Notes under the pieces: generated by a model | What the model was told of the DNA's origin: nothing | The model's input: only the letters and a program-made list of their open reading frames with translations | Database searches by the model: none | Part shown: piece by piece, positions 18,304 to 27,342 of the stretch | Position numbering within the stretch: the stretch's first letter is position 1 | Layout: each line of letters begins with the position of its first letter | Translations under genes and position numbers: made by a program | Source: a virus | Taxonomy: Duplodnaviria; Caudoviricetes | Length of the DNA: 35,891 nucleotides | Virus record (IMG/VR): IMGVR_UViG_3300020360_000007 | Location: 1 to 35,891 of that record | Strand: one strand, 5' to 3'

Positions 18304-19248
18304 ATGCCGAGAAACGTATACTTTTCTCAGGCCGTAAAATCTGAACAGAATCTTTACGAAGACCTGATAATAGAATCACTAGGAATATATGGACAAGATG
18401 TCTATTACATTCCACGTACCATTGTAAATCGAGACAGCATTTTAAATGAAGACCCAGCTTCTACATTTGATGATGCTTTTCTTATGGAAATGTATATTGA
18501 AAATACTGAAGGTTTTGAAGGTGAAGGTGATTTATATTCTAAGTTTGGTCTACAAATAAAAGATACTGCAACATTCATAGTATCAAGAAGAAGATGGGAT
18601 GATAGAGTTGGTCCATTCTCATCACAGGTAGAAAATCCTAAACCTGCTGAAGGTGACTTAGTATTTTTACCTATGACTAATTCATTTTTTGAAATTAATT
18701 TTGTAGAAGATGAACAACCTTTTTATCAATTATCTAATATACCAGTTTATAAAATGGAATGTTCATTATTTGAATATAATGATGAAGACTTTGAAACTGG
18801 AGTAGAATCAATAGATACTGCAACTGCAAAAGCTGCATATCAATTGCCTATGGATATTACAATTACAGGTGGTAATCACTTTACAGTAGGAGAAATAGTA
18901 GAACAAATAATTACACCAGCTTCTGGTGGTACACCAGCTGTAAGAGTATTTGGTGAAGTCCAACAAAGAACTAAATCATCAGATATACTAAGTAAAATAT
19001 GGGTTTCTAATATTGGAAGTGATGGTACAACTGAAACTAAAACATTTACAACAGGTGCTACAATAACTGGTAAAGAATCAGGATTTACTGGTACTATTGC
19101 TACAATATATAGTGATGTGACAAATCAAACTGGAACATCATGGGCAGCTGATGAAGAAGCTCAAAATATAGATTTTGAAATAACAGCTGATGGATTTATA
19201 GATTTTTCTGAATCAAATCCATTTGGCGACCCATCGGAGACTTACTAA
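18304..19248 (+). CDS. gp14: Neck protein gp14
   Basis: EQNLYEDLIIES..IYGQDVYYIPR; GFEGEGDLYSKFGLQ; P.EGDL.FLP; EQPFYQL; DFSESNPFG; synteny. Confidence 0.93.
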   Translation: MPRNVYFSQAVKSEQNLYEDLIIESLGIYGQDVYYIPRTIVNRDSILNEDPASTFDDAFLMEMYIENTEGFEGEGDLYSKFGLQIKDTATFIVSRRRWDDRVGPFSSQVENPKPAEGDLVFLPMTNSFFEINFVEDEQPFYQLSNIPVYKMECSLFEYNDEDFETGVESIDTATAKAAYQLPMDITITGGNHFTVGEIVEQIITPASGGTPAVRVFGEVQQRTKSSDILSKIWVSNIGSDGTTETKTFTTGATITGKESGFTGTIATIYSDVTNQTGTSWAADEEAQNIDFEITADGFIDFSESNPFGDPSETY

Positions 19249-19997
19249 TGTTTGGTGACCATTTTTATCACGCAACAATGAGAAAATCAGTGGCTGTTTT
19301 TGGTACACTGTTTAATAATTTATCTGTTGTAAGAAAAAAAGCAGATGGAAGTACTATTAATCAAATAAGAGTTCCTTTAGCTTATGGACCTAAAGAAAAG
19401 TATTTAGCTAGGCTAGATTCATCAACTGGATTTGACGCTCAAATGGGTATTAAATTACCAAGAATGGCTTTTGAAATAAATAGTTTAACATTAGACCAAA
19501 CTCAAAAATTACAAAAAAGAAATAGTATTTCTGAAACTCATGGTTCAGATATAACTAAGAAAAAAACAATTAAACATTATACAGCTTATGATATTGGTAT
19601 GTCATTATTTATTATGACTAAAAATCAAGATGATGGTTTGCAAATAGTTGAGCAAATATTACCATATTTTCAGCCAGAATATAATGTGACCATAACACCA
19701 GTATCAGGATTTAATTATAAACAAGATGTTTCTGTAATATTAAATAGTGTTGCAATTGATGACCAATACGAAGGGGATTTTACAGAAAGAAGAGTACTTA
19801 TATATCAACTAGACTTTATTATGAAAATGAAGTTCTTTGGTCCTACTGGAGACCAAAAAATTATACGTGAAGTTAATCTTGATTTCCATGAAAAAGATAA
19901 TGTTGGTAGAACATTTGAGGAAATTGATTTTACAATAGGTAATACAGATACTGAATCAAGTTTCACAGTGACAACAACTAAAACTGAAGGTGGATAA
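19248..19997 (+). CDS. gp15: Tail sheath stabiliser / tail terminator gp15
   Basis: FYHATMRKSVAVFGTLFNN; VPLAYGPKEKYLARL; LPRMAFE; QIVEQILPYFQP. Confidence 0.93.
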   Translation: MFGDHFYHATMRKSVAVFGTLFNNLSVVRKKADGSTINQIRVPLAYGPKEKYLARLDSSTGFDAQMGIKLPRMAFEINSLTLDQTQKLQKRNSISETHGSDITKKKTIKHYTAYDIGMSLFIMTKNQDDGLQIVEQILPYFQPEYNVTITPVSGFNYKQDVSVILNSVAIDDQYEGDFTERRVLIYQLDFIMKMKFFGPTGDQKIIREVNLDFHEKDNVGRTFEEIDFTIGNTDTESSFTVTTTKTEGG

Positions 19998-20407
19998 TGG
20001 ATAAAAAAGATAAAATGGTAAAAAGTTTAGAAAAGAATCTGCCAACAATTAAAAATAATAGACCTATAAAAATAGATAAAGATGTAAAAGATGATTATGA
20101 GTTTTCACGTAAAACTTATAAAGATTTAATATATACAGGTACAAGGTCAATGGACGTACTTGCTGAGTTAGCAAGAGAGTCTGAACATCCAAGAGCGTTT
20201 GAAGTACTTTCTCAAACAATAAAGAACATAGGTGATACAACTGAAAAGCTTATGGCTCTTCAAAAACAGAAAAAAGATTTACAAAAAGACGAGAAAGAAG
20301 AAGCAAGACAAGTGACTAATAATAATATGTTTGTGGGCAGTACTACTGATTTGCAAAGGATGTTATTAAATAAAGATAATGTTATAGATGCAGAAGTTAA
20401 AAAATAA
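19997..20407 (+). CDS. gp16: Terminase small subunit gp16
   Basis: DDYEFSR; LARESEHPRAFEV; NNNMFVGSTTDLQRML; directly precedes gp17. Confidence 0.92.
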   Translation: MDKKDKMVKSLEKNLPTIKNNRPIKIDKDVKDDYEFSRKTYKDLIYTGTRSMDVLAELARESEHPRAFEVLSQTIKNIGDTTEKLMALQKQKKDLQKDEKEEARQVTNNNMFVGSTTDLQRMLLNKDNVIDAEVKK

Positions 20408-22004
20408 TGAGTTCGGTTATTTAGGAAATCCATCTGTAAAACGTGATGGTGTTGAAACTGAATTTACAAAAGAACAAGTCTTAGAATACCATAAGTGTAT
20501 GCAAGACCCAGCGTACTTCGCGCGTACGTACATCAAAATTATATCATTAGATGAAGGATTAGTGCCATTTGATTTATATCCTTATCAAGAAAAAATGTTT
20601 GAGCATTTTAATGATAATAGATTTAGTATTGTATTAGCTTGTAGACAAAGCGGAAAATCTATATCATCAGTAGTATATCTTTTATGGTACGCGTGTTTTC
20701 ATCCAGAAAAAACAATTGCCATATTAGCAAATAAAGGTGCAGTTGCTAGAGAAATGTTAGCGCGTATAACACTTGCACTAGAAAACTTACCATTCTTTTT
20801 ACAACCAGGATGTAAAGCTTTAAATAAAGGAAGTATAGAGTTTAGTAATAATAGTAAGATTGTAGCTTCTGCAACAAGTGGTAATTCTATAAGGGGTATG
20901 TCTATTAATTTACTATTCCTTGATGAGTTTGCTTTTGTAGAAAATGATGCACAATTTTATACATCAACTTATCCAGTAGTATCAGCTGGTAGAGATACTC
21001 AGATTATTATTACTTCTACAGCAAATGGTATTGGTAATGTGTATCATAAACTATGGGAAGGCGCAGTACAAAAGACTAATGAGTTTATACCATTTAGAGT
21101 AGATTGGTGGGATGTACCAGGAAGAGATGAAAAATGGAGAAAAGAAACTGTAGCGAATACATCGGAATTACAGTTTGAACAAGAATTTGGTAATACATTT
21201 CATGGGAAAGGTAATACACTTATAAGTGCTAATCATTTATTAGCTCAAGTAAGTGTAGAACCAGAATTTTTTAAAGAAAATGTTTGGATATATAAGCAAC
21301 CAGTAAAAGAACATGAATATGTAATGACAGTTGATGTATCAAAAGGTAGAAGTCAAGATTACAGTACTTTTACAATTATTGATGTATCAACTACACCTTT
21401 TGAGCAGGTTTGTGTATTTAGAGATAATAATACATCTCCAATGTTATTACCTGACATTATATACAAATATGCAAATACATATAATGAATGTTATGTAGTA
21501 ATTGAAAGTAATGACCAGGGAGCTGTTGTTTGTAATGGTTTATATTATGATTTAGAATATGAAAACATGTTTGTAGAATCAAGTATTAAAGCAAACGCAC
21601 TTGGTGCTACTATGACTCGAAGAGTTAAGCGTATTGGATGTTCAAGTATTAAAGACTTAATAGAACAAGGTAAGCTTAAAATAAATGATGCTAATACAAT
21701 AGTTGAAATGAGTACATTCGTAAGTAAGGGTAATACTTATATGGCAATAGCTCCTAATCATGATGATATAATGATGAACTTAGTTTTATTTGCTTGGTTT
21801 ACAACAACTGACGTATTCCAATCGTTAACTAATATTGATATGAAAGATATGTTATACAAAGAAAGATTACAAGCTATCCAAGACGATATGCTTCCATTTG
21901 GATATGTAGAGAGTGGGAACTACGAAAAGGATAAATATACTAAAGACGAAGATGGAAACATCTGGTTTGAGCAAGAGTGGAATGGAACAAATGCAAAATT
22001 TTAG
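20388..22004 (+). CDS. gp17: Terminase large subunit gp17
   Basis: Walker A CRQSGKS; Walker B LLFLDEFAF; ITSTANG; nuclease motifs VDVSKGRSQDYS and HDDIMM. Confidence 0.96.
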   Translation: MQKLKNNEFGYLGNPSVKRDGVETEFTKEQVLEYHKCMQDPAYFARTYIKIISLDEGLVPFDLYPYQEKMFEHFNDNRFSIVLACRQSGKSISSVVYLLWYACFHPEKTIAILANKGAVAREMLARITLALENLPFFLQPGCKALNKGSIEFSNNSKIVASATSGNSIRGMSINLLFLDEFAFVENDAQFYTSTYPVVSAGRDTQIIITSTANGIGNVYHKLWEGAVQKTNEFIPFRVDWWDVPGRDEKWRKETVANTSELQFEQEFGNTFHGKGNTLISANHLLAQVSVEPEFFKENVWIYKQPVKEHEYVMTVDVSKGRSQDYSTFTIIDVSTTPFEQVCVFRDNNTSPMLLPDIIYKYANTYNECYVVIESNDQGAVVCNGLYYDLEYENMFVESSIKANALGATMTRRVKRIGCSSIKDLIEQGKLKINDANTIVEMSTFVSKGNTYMAIAPNHDDIMMNLVLFAWFTTTDVFQSLTNIDMKDMLYKERLQAIQDDMLPFGYVESGNYEKDKYTKDEDGNIWFEQEWNGTNAKF

Positions 22005-23175
22005 TGATTATAGAAAAGGTAAACAAACAATAACTGAAGCTCCTAATGAAAGAGATTATAGGTTTGTTTATATTTGGTACGATGACCCTGAAGAAAAAGA
22101 ATCAGGGGAAAAGACTGCTGACCTTTTTATAAAAGAGGGAGAAAAGCTAGGTCTTAAAGCATTCAAAATAGAAGTTGCTGGTATATATTCAGACTTAGAT
22201 GAAGATGGTAATAGATATATTTACGATGGTTTAGCTGAAAAAGAAAGAAAGTTTTTAGTGGATGAAAATACTATTATATTTGTAAGGGCACCTATGACTA
22301 AAAGAAAAGGTTGGTCAAACTTACTTACACAGTTAGAAAGGGCTGGAGTATGTTGTGTTAATACAAGAGGATGTATGGAAATTACATCTGATAAATATAG
22401 GACCAGCTTATATTTAGCTGAAGCAGAGCTTACTCAACCTAAAACAGTTCTTATACACCACCCTGAAAAAGCTTTAGATGCTATGGATAGATTAGGTGCT
22501 AAATATCCAGTTATTCTAAAAACACTTACAGGTTCATTAGGTGTTGGTGTTATTAAAGTAGATTCAGAAAGTTCATTACATTCTACTGTACAGTTGTTAT
22601 ATAAATTAGACCCGAATATGGGTGTATTACTACAAGATATGATTGATGGTGTTAAGTATGATATAAGAGCTCATGTAATTGGTGGTAAATTCCATGGTGC
22701 TATTATGAGACCAATGGTAGAAAAAGATTTTAGAAGTAATGTATCACTTGGCTCAAAGCCAAAACCTATAGATTTAACTGAGTTAGAAATAGAGCATGTA
22801 GAAAAAGCTGCTAAAACTGTTGATGGATTATGGGTTGGTGTAGATATATTCCCATCAAAAGATAGAAAAAAAGAACCACCAATATTTATTGAGGTTAATT
22901 CAACTCCAGGTACTGCAGGATATAGGGATGCTACCGGAGAAAATTTACCTAAGAATGTTTTATTAAAATTTAGAAATAGAGATTATTGGCTTAAGCCTAA
23001 TACATATGTTTCTATGTTTGAAGATAAAATAAAGGTAGACACTATGCAATATGAAGGAGATATTGTTAAATGGTCTAAAAATGGTATAGAACATGAACAT
23101 GAAGTACAAAATGTATCACATGATATGAATCCAATAATAGAATTAAATTCACAAGAAGTAGAATTAATACGATAG
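21991..23175 (+). CDS. rimK: RimK-family ATP-grasp ligase (probable start at ATG 21991, overlapping the end of gp17)
   Basis: SDKYRT..YL; YPVILKTLTGSLGVGVI; DIRAHVIGG; DFRSNVSLG; VGVDI; IEVNSTPG, all aligning by eye to RimK motifs (DKL, P.VVK...GTQGIGV, DIR, DFRSN, GVDI, EVN.SPG). Confidence 0.88.
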   Translation: MQNFSDYRKGKQTITEAPNERDYRFVYIWYDDPEEKESGEKTADLFIKEGEKLGLKAFKIEVAGIYSDLDEDGNRYIYDGLAEKERKFLVDENTIIFVRAPMTKRKGWSNLLTQLERAGVCCVNTRGCMEITSDKYRTSLYLAEAELTQPKTVLIHHPEKALDAMDRLGAKYPVILKTLTGSLGVGVIKVDSESSLHSTVQLLYKLDPNMGVLLQDMIDGVKYDIRAHVIGGKFHGAIMRPMVEKDFRSNVSLGSKPKPIDLTELEIEHVEKAAKTVDGLWVGVDIFPSKDRKKEPPIFIEVNSTPGTAGYRDATGENLPKNVLLKFRNRDYWLKPNTYVSMFEDKIKVDTMQYEGDIVKWSKNGIEHEHEVQNVSHDMNPIIELNSQEVELIR

Positions 23176-23187
23176 AGAACAAAAGAT

Positions 23188-23195
23188 TATAAATA
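23188..23195 (+). promoter_or_regulatory. T4-type late promoter
   Basis: TATAAATA in the intergenic region before gp18. Confidence 0.85.
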
Positions 23196-23258
23196 AGTAT
23201 GTATTGAATATTCGTATTATGTATACATATTAACTAACTCAAAATAGAGGACAAAGCG

Positions 23259-24974
23259 ATGGCATTTCAAGTATCACCAGGCGTCGAGGTAAAAGAAATT
23301 GACGCAACGAATGTAGTCCCAGCAGTATCAACCAGTATTGGTGGATTTGCCGGCTCGTTCAACTGGGGTCCGACGGAGCAAATAGTGACTGTAGGTTCTG
23401 AAAACGAACTTGCTGAGATATTTGGTTCGCCAGATGATTCCACAGCTAAACACTTTCTAGTTGCAGCATCTTTTTTAAAGTATGGTAATGCACTTAAAGT
23501 GGTTCGAGTTTCTAGTGGTCACCTTAACGCGACTGCACAAGGAACAGGACAGCTGATAAAAAATGATGAACATTATTTGAATAACTATTCAGATGGTAGT
23601 CTTAACTTGGGTAATTGGGCAGCTAAACATCCAGGAGTACTGGGTAATAGTATAAAAGTATCAATGATATCACATAGCTCTAGTGATTCAGTCTTTAATG
23701 GCTGGGCTCACAAAGCTAACTTTGATGCTGCACCAGGTACATCTACAGCGGCAGCTGCAGTTGGCGTTACTAACGACGAACTGCATGTATGTGTTATAGA
23801 TGAAGACGGAGCTATCTCCGGAACAGCTGGTACAGTATTAGAAGCATTTGGATTCTTATCACAAGCATCTGATGCTAAAAAAGATGATGGTACTACAAAC
23901 TTTTATAAAGATGTAATCAATAATCAATCTGAATATATACGTTGGATTGACCATGATACAAATTTAGATGAAGCTGGCTTTACCTTAGCAGCCGCAAAAG
24001 CAGCTAACACTGATTCAGAAGGCGCTAATACATTTAAGACTCATGGTTCAGCAATGGAGGCTTCACTTTCAGGTGGAACCGACGATAACGCTCCTACGAC
24101 AGGAGAAATAGCAGCAGGATTCGATTTACTCGAAGACGCAGAAACTGTAGATGTTAATTTACTTTTTGCAGCTCCAGACGTTGATGGCGCTGAAGCAATT
24201 GCAGAAGATTTAATATCCATAGTAAATGCAAGAAAAGATTGTATGGCATTTATTTCGCCACCAATAGACGACACAGTTAATACATCATCAGCAGCAGCTA
24301 ATGTAAAAGCTTTTGCAGATGGATTAACTTCAACATCATATGCTTCATGTGATTCTTCAGCGGTATATGTTTACGACAAATATAACGACGTATACAGATA
24401 TATCGGTGCATCAGGACATATGGCAGGACTATGCGCAAATACTGATTCAGTAGCAGATTCATGGTTCTCACCAGCAGGTGTTAACAGAGGTCAACTATTA
24501 GGCGTAACTAAATTAGCTTTCAATCCAAAGAAAGCTGATAGAGATACTCTTTATAAAGCAAGAGTCAACCCATTAGTATCATTACCTGGACAAGGTACAT
24601 TATTATTTGGTGACAAAACTTTATTAAGTAGACCTTCAGCATTCGATAGAATAAATGTAAGAAGACTGTTCATTGCATTAGAAAAGGCAATTAGCACAGC
24701 AGCTAAAGCCCAACTATTCGAATTTAACGACGAATTTACAAGAGCTCAGTTCAGAAATTTAGTTGAACCGTTCTTAAGAGACGTCAAAGGTAGACGTGGA
24801 CTATCAGATTTTCAAGTTATCTGTGACACCACTAACAACACAAGTGCAGTGATTGATGGTAATAAATTTGTGGCTGATATCTTTATCAAGCCTTCAAGAA
24901 GTATTAACTTTATATCACTAAACTTCATAGCGACTAGGTCTGGGGTTGAATTCTCAGAAATAGCAGGTTCATAG
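23259..24974 (+). CDS. gp18: Tail sheath protein gp18
   Basis: SPGVEVKEID; FLKYGNALKVVR; WFSPAGVNRG; SAFDRINVRRLF; FEFNDEFTR; IKPSRSINFI.LNF.ATR. Confidence 0.96.
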   Translation: MAFQVSPGVEVKEIDATNVVPAVSTSIGGFAGSFNWGPTEQIVTVGSENELAEIFGSPDDSTAKHFLVAASFLKYGNALKVVRVSSGHLNATAQGTGQLIKNDEHYLNNYSDGSLNLGNWAAKHPGVLGNSIKVSMISHSSSDSVFNGWAHKANFDAAPGTSTAAAAVGVTNDELHVCVIDEDGAISGTAGTVLEAFGFLSQASDAKKDDGTTNFYKDVINNQSEYIRWIDHDTNLDEAGFTLAAAKAANTDSEGANTFKTHGSAMEASLSGGTDDNAPTTGEIAAGFDLLEDAETVDVNLLFAAPDVDGAEAIAEDLISIVNARKDCMAFISPPIDDTVNTSSAAANVKAFADGLTSTSYASCDSSAVYVYDKYNDVYRYIGASGHMAGLCANTDSVADSWFSPAGVNRGQLLGVTKLAFNPKKADRDTLYKARVNPLVSLPGQGTLLFGDKTLLSRPSAFDRINVRRLFIALEKAISTAAKAQLFEFNDEFTRAQFRNLVEPFLRDVKGRRGLSDFQVICDTTNNTSAVIDGNKFVADIFIKPSRSINFISLNFIATRSGVEFSEIAGS

Positions 24975-24985
24975 GAGGATAAGAC

Positions 24986-25513
24986 ATGGCAATATTAGGC
25001 GTAGACGATTTTAAATCAAAGCTTGTAGGCGGTGGAGCAAGAGCTAACTTATTCAAAGTCACTTTGAACTTTCCTAGTTATGCACAAGGTGATGTAGAAC
25101 TTACATCATTTATGTGTAAAACAGCTCAAATGCCTGCATCAATAATTGCACCTATCCCTGTATTATTCAGAGGTAGAACATTGCAAATTGCTGGTGACAG
25201 AACATTTGACCCATGGAACGTAACTATCATTAATGATGTTGGTTTCGAGGTTAGAAATGCTATGGAACGTTGGAGTAATGGTATTAACAATAATAACGAA
25301 AACACAGGATTATCTAATCCTACTGACTATCAAGCTGACGCAGTTGTTGAGCAATTGAATAAAGCTGGAGAAGTTACGAAGACATATAACTTTAGAGGTA
25401 TATTTCCAACTAACATTTCTGAGATAGAAGTAAGTTATGATTCAGAAAATACTATTGAAGAGTTCACGTGTGAATTCCAGGTACAATACTGGGAATCAGA
25501 CACTACATCGTAG
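24986..25513 (+). CDS. gp19: Tail tube protein gp19
   Basis: GGARANLF; FRGR.LQIAGDRTFDPW.VTIIND; FPTNISEI; synteny. Confidence 0.95.
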   Translation: MAILGVDDFKSKLVGGGARANLFKVTLNFPSYAQGDVELTSFMCKTAQMPASIIAPIPVLFRGRTLQIAGDRTFDPWNVTIINDVGFEVRNAMERWSNGINNNNENTGLSNPTDYQADAVVEQLNKAGEVTKTYNFRGIFPTNISEIEVSYDSENTIEEFTCEFQVQYWESDTTS

Positions 25514-25516
25514 GTA

Positions 25517-25524
25517 TATAAATA
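25517..25524 (+). promoter_or_regulatory. T4-type late promoter
   Basis: TATAAATA between gp19 and gp20. Confidence 0.8.
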
Positions 25525-25527
25525 ATT

Positions 25528-25557
25528 TCAGAGGGGGTAAAATATCCCCTCTGATTT
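25528..25557 (+). terminator. Stem-loop between gp19 and gp20 (weak terminator/attenuator or 5' stabiliser)
   Basis: TCAGAGGGG (25528-36) pairs with CCCCTCTGA (25546-54); only TTT follows. Confidence 0.65.
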
Positions 25558-25569
25558 AGTGAGGAAAAT

Positions 25570-27090
25570 ATGGCAGAACTATTCGGTTTTGAAATAAAAA
25601 GAAAAACAGCTCAAAAAGAGCTACCTTCCTTTGTTCCTAAAACGGACGAGGACGGCTCCGGTGTTATTCAAGCGGGAGGACATTTTGGCGCATACATTGA
25701 TATGGACGGCGACAAAGTCAAAAATGAAGTTGAATTAATTTTAAAATACAGAGATATATCAGCACAACCAGAATGTGATGCTGCTATTGAGGATATAATA
25801 AATGAATCAATAGTAGGAGACCATGATGAGTCACCTGTAAATATAGTTATGGACGAACTTGATATCTCTGATAAAATGAAAGAAACAATAAAATATGAGT
25901 TTGACTCAGTATTGAAGTTATTAAACTTTAATCAGTATGCTCATGACATATTTAAAAAATGGTATGTTGATGGAAGATTACCGTATCATATTATTATTGA
26001 AAAAGGTAGTCCTAAAAAAGGTATAAAAGAACTTAGGTATATTGACCCAACTAAACTAAGAAAAGTTAAAGAGATTGAGGAGAAACAAGACCCTAAGACA
26101 GGCGCAAAACTTATTGAAAAAGTAGATGAGTTTTTCTTATTCCAAGATAAGACAATGAATGGCGCAGAACAAGGTTTAAAAATATATCCAGATGCAATTG
26201 CATATTGTACATCTGGAGTAATGGACCCAGGTAGAAAAAGAATTCTATCTTACTTACATAAAGCATTAAAACCAGTAAATCAATTAAGAATGATGGAAGA
26301 TTCATTGGTTATATACAGAATATCACGTGCCCCAGAACGTAGGATATTTTATATTGATGTTGGTAATTTACCTAAAGGTAAAGCCGAAGAATATCTAAGA
26401 GGTATTATGAATCAATATAGAAACAAATTGGTATATGATGCTAAGACTGGTGATATCAAAGACGATAGAAAACATATGAGTATGTTAGAAGATTTCTTCT
26501 TACCAAGAAGAGAAGGTGGAAGAGGAACTGAAATTACCACGCTACCAGGCGGCGAAAACTTAGGACAAATAGATGATATTATATATTTCCAGAAAAAATT
26601 ATATAAATCATTAAATGTTCCAGTTAATAGATTAGAACAAGAGGCTCAATTCTCATTAGGTAGAACTACTGAGATTACAAGAGACGAAGTAAAGTTTAAG
26701 AAGTTTATAGACAGATTAAGAAAAAGATTTTCTGATTTGTTTATGCAATTACTTAAAACTCAGCTTTTATTAAAAGGTATTATTACTGAAGCTGATTGGA
26801 AAGAATGGAAAGAATCAATAGTATTTAATTTTATTGAAGATAACTATTTTTCTGAACTTAAACAATCAGAAATGCTGAGAGAAAGATTTGAAATGCTAGG
26901 CAGCTTAGATGAATATGTAGGTAAATACATTTCAAATGAATGGATACGTAAAAACGTATTACGTCAAACTGACGATGAAATTGAAGAAATTCAAAAACAA
27001 ATCGACCAGGAGACTAAAACTGGTGAAAATGAACCACCAGATGGGGATGACCCACGTTGGGATAATACACCCGCACCAAGAAGGTATTAG
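25570..27090 (+). CDS. gp20: Portal protein gp20
   Basis: WYVDGR; NQLRMMEDSLVIYRISRAPERRIFYIDVGNLPK.KAE.Y; LPRREGGRGTEITTLPGG; RDEVKF.KF. Confidence 0.97.
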   Translation: MAELFGFEIKRKTAQKELPSFVPKTDEDGSGVIQAGGHFGAYIDMDGDKVKNEVELILKYRDISAQPECDAAIEDIINESIVGDHDESPVNIVMDELDISDKMKETIKYEFDSVLKLLNFNQYAHDIFKKWYVDGRLPYHIIIEKGSPKKGIKELRYIDPTKLRKVKEIEEKQDPKTGAKLIEKVDEFFLFQDKTMNGAEQGLKIYPDAIAYCTSGVMDPGRKRILSYLHKALKPVNQLRMMEDSLVIYRISRAPERRIFYIDVGNLPKGKAEEYLRGIMNQYRNKLVYDAKTGDIKDDRKHMSMLEDFFLPRREGGRGTEITTLPGGENLGQIDDIIYFQKKLYKSLNVPVNRLEQEAQFSLGRTTEITRDEVKFKKFIDRLRKRFSDLFMQLLKTQLLLKGIITEADWKEWKESIVFNFIEDNYFSELKQSEMLRERFEMLGSLDEYVGKYISNEWIRKNVLRQTDDEIEEIQKQIDQETKTGENEPPDGDDPRWDNTPAPRRY

Positions 27091-27105
27091 TGGGAAAGAT
27101 AATTT

Positions 27106-27113
27106 TATAAATA
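27106..27113 (+). promoter_or_regulatory. T4-type late promoter
   Basis: TATAAATA upstream of the prohead core genes. Confidence 0.85.
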
Positions 27114-27135
27114 TATAAACAAGGATTAAAAAACT

Positions 27136-27318
27136 ATGAATGTTAATGAATTGATACAAAATTTAAATGACGGTGACAACGTTAAAGCTAATAAACAGTT
27201 TAAAACTGTTATGGCCGATAAATTGTCAGCAGCACTTGATGCTAAGAAAATAGAAGTTGCATCAAGTATGGTTCAGCGTAATGAAGCTGAACTTGAAGAA
27301 GAACAACCGGAAGGATAA
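27136..27318 (+). CDS. Small prohead core protein (gp67-like)
   Basis: Lies between portal and protease; helical with an acidic C-terminus (EAELEEEQPEG); AAGGA Shine-Dalgarno. Confidence 0.7.
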   Translation: MNVNELIQNLNDGDNVKANKQFKTVMADKLSAALDAKKIEVASSMVQRNEAELEEEQPEG

Positions 27319-27342
27319 TACCTTCCATAACTAGGTATTTAA

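Noticed and set aside
21913-21990. GTG start for the ATP-grasp ORF given in the track
   Set aside because: It would overlap gp17 by 92 nt; ATG 21991 gives a short coupled overlap.
21991-23175. Graspetide (RiPP) biosynthetic cluster around the ATP-grasp enzyme
   Set aside because: No adjacent precursor peptide or transporter, and the DFRSN/EVN.PG motifs fit RimK.
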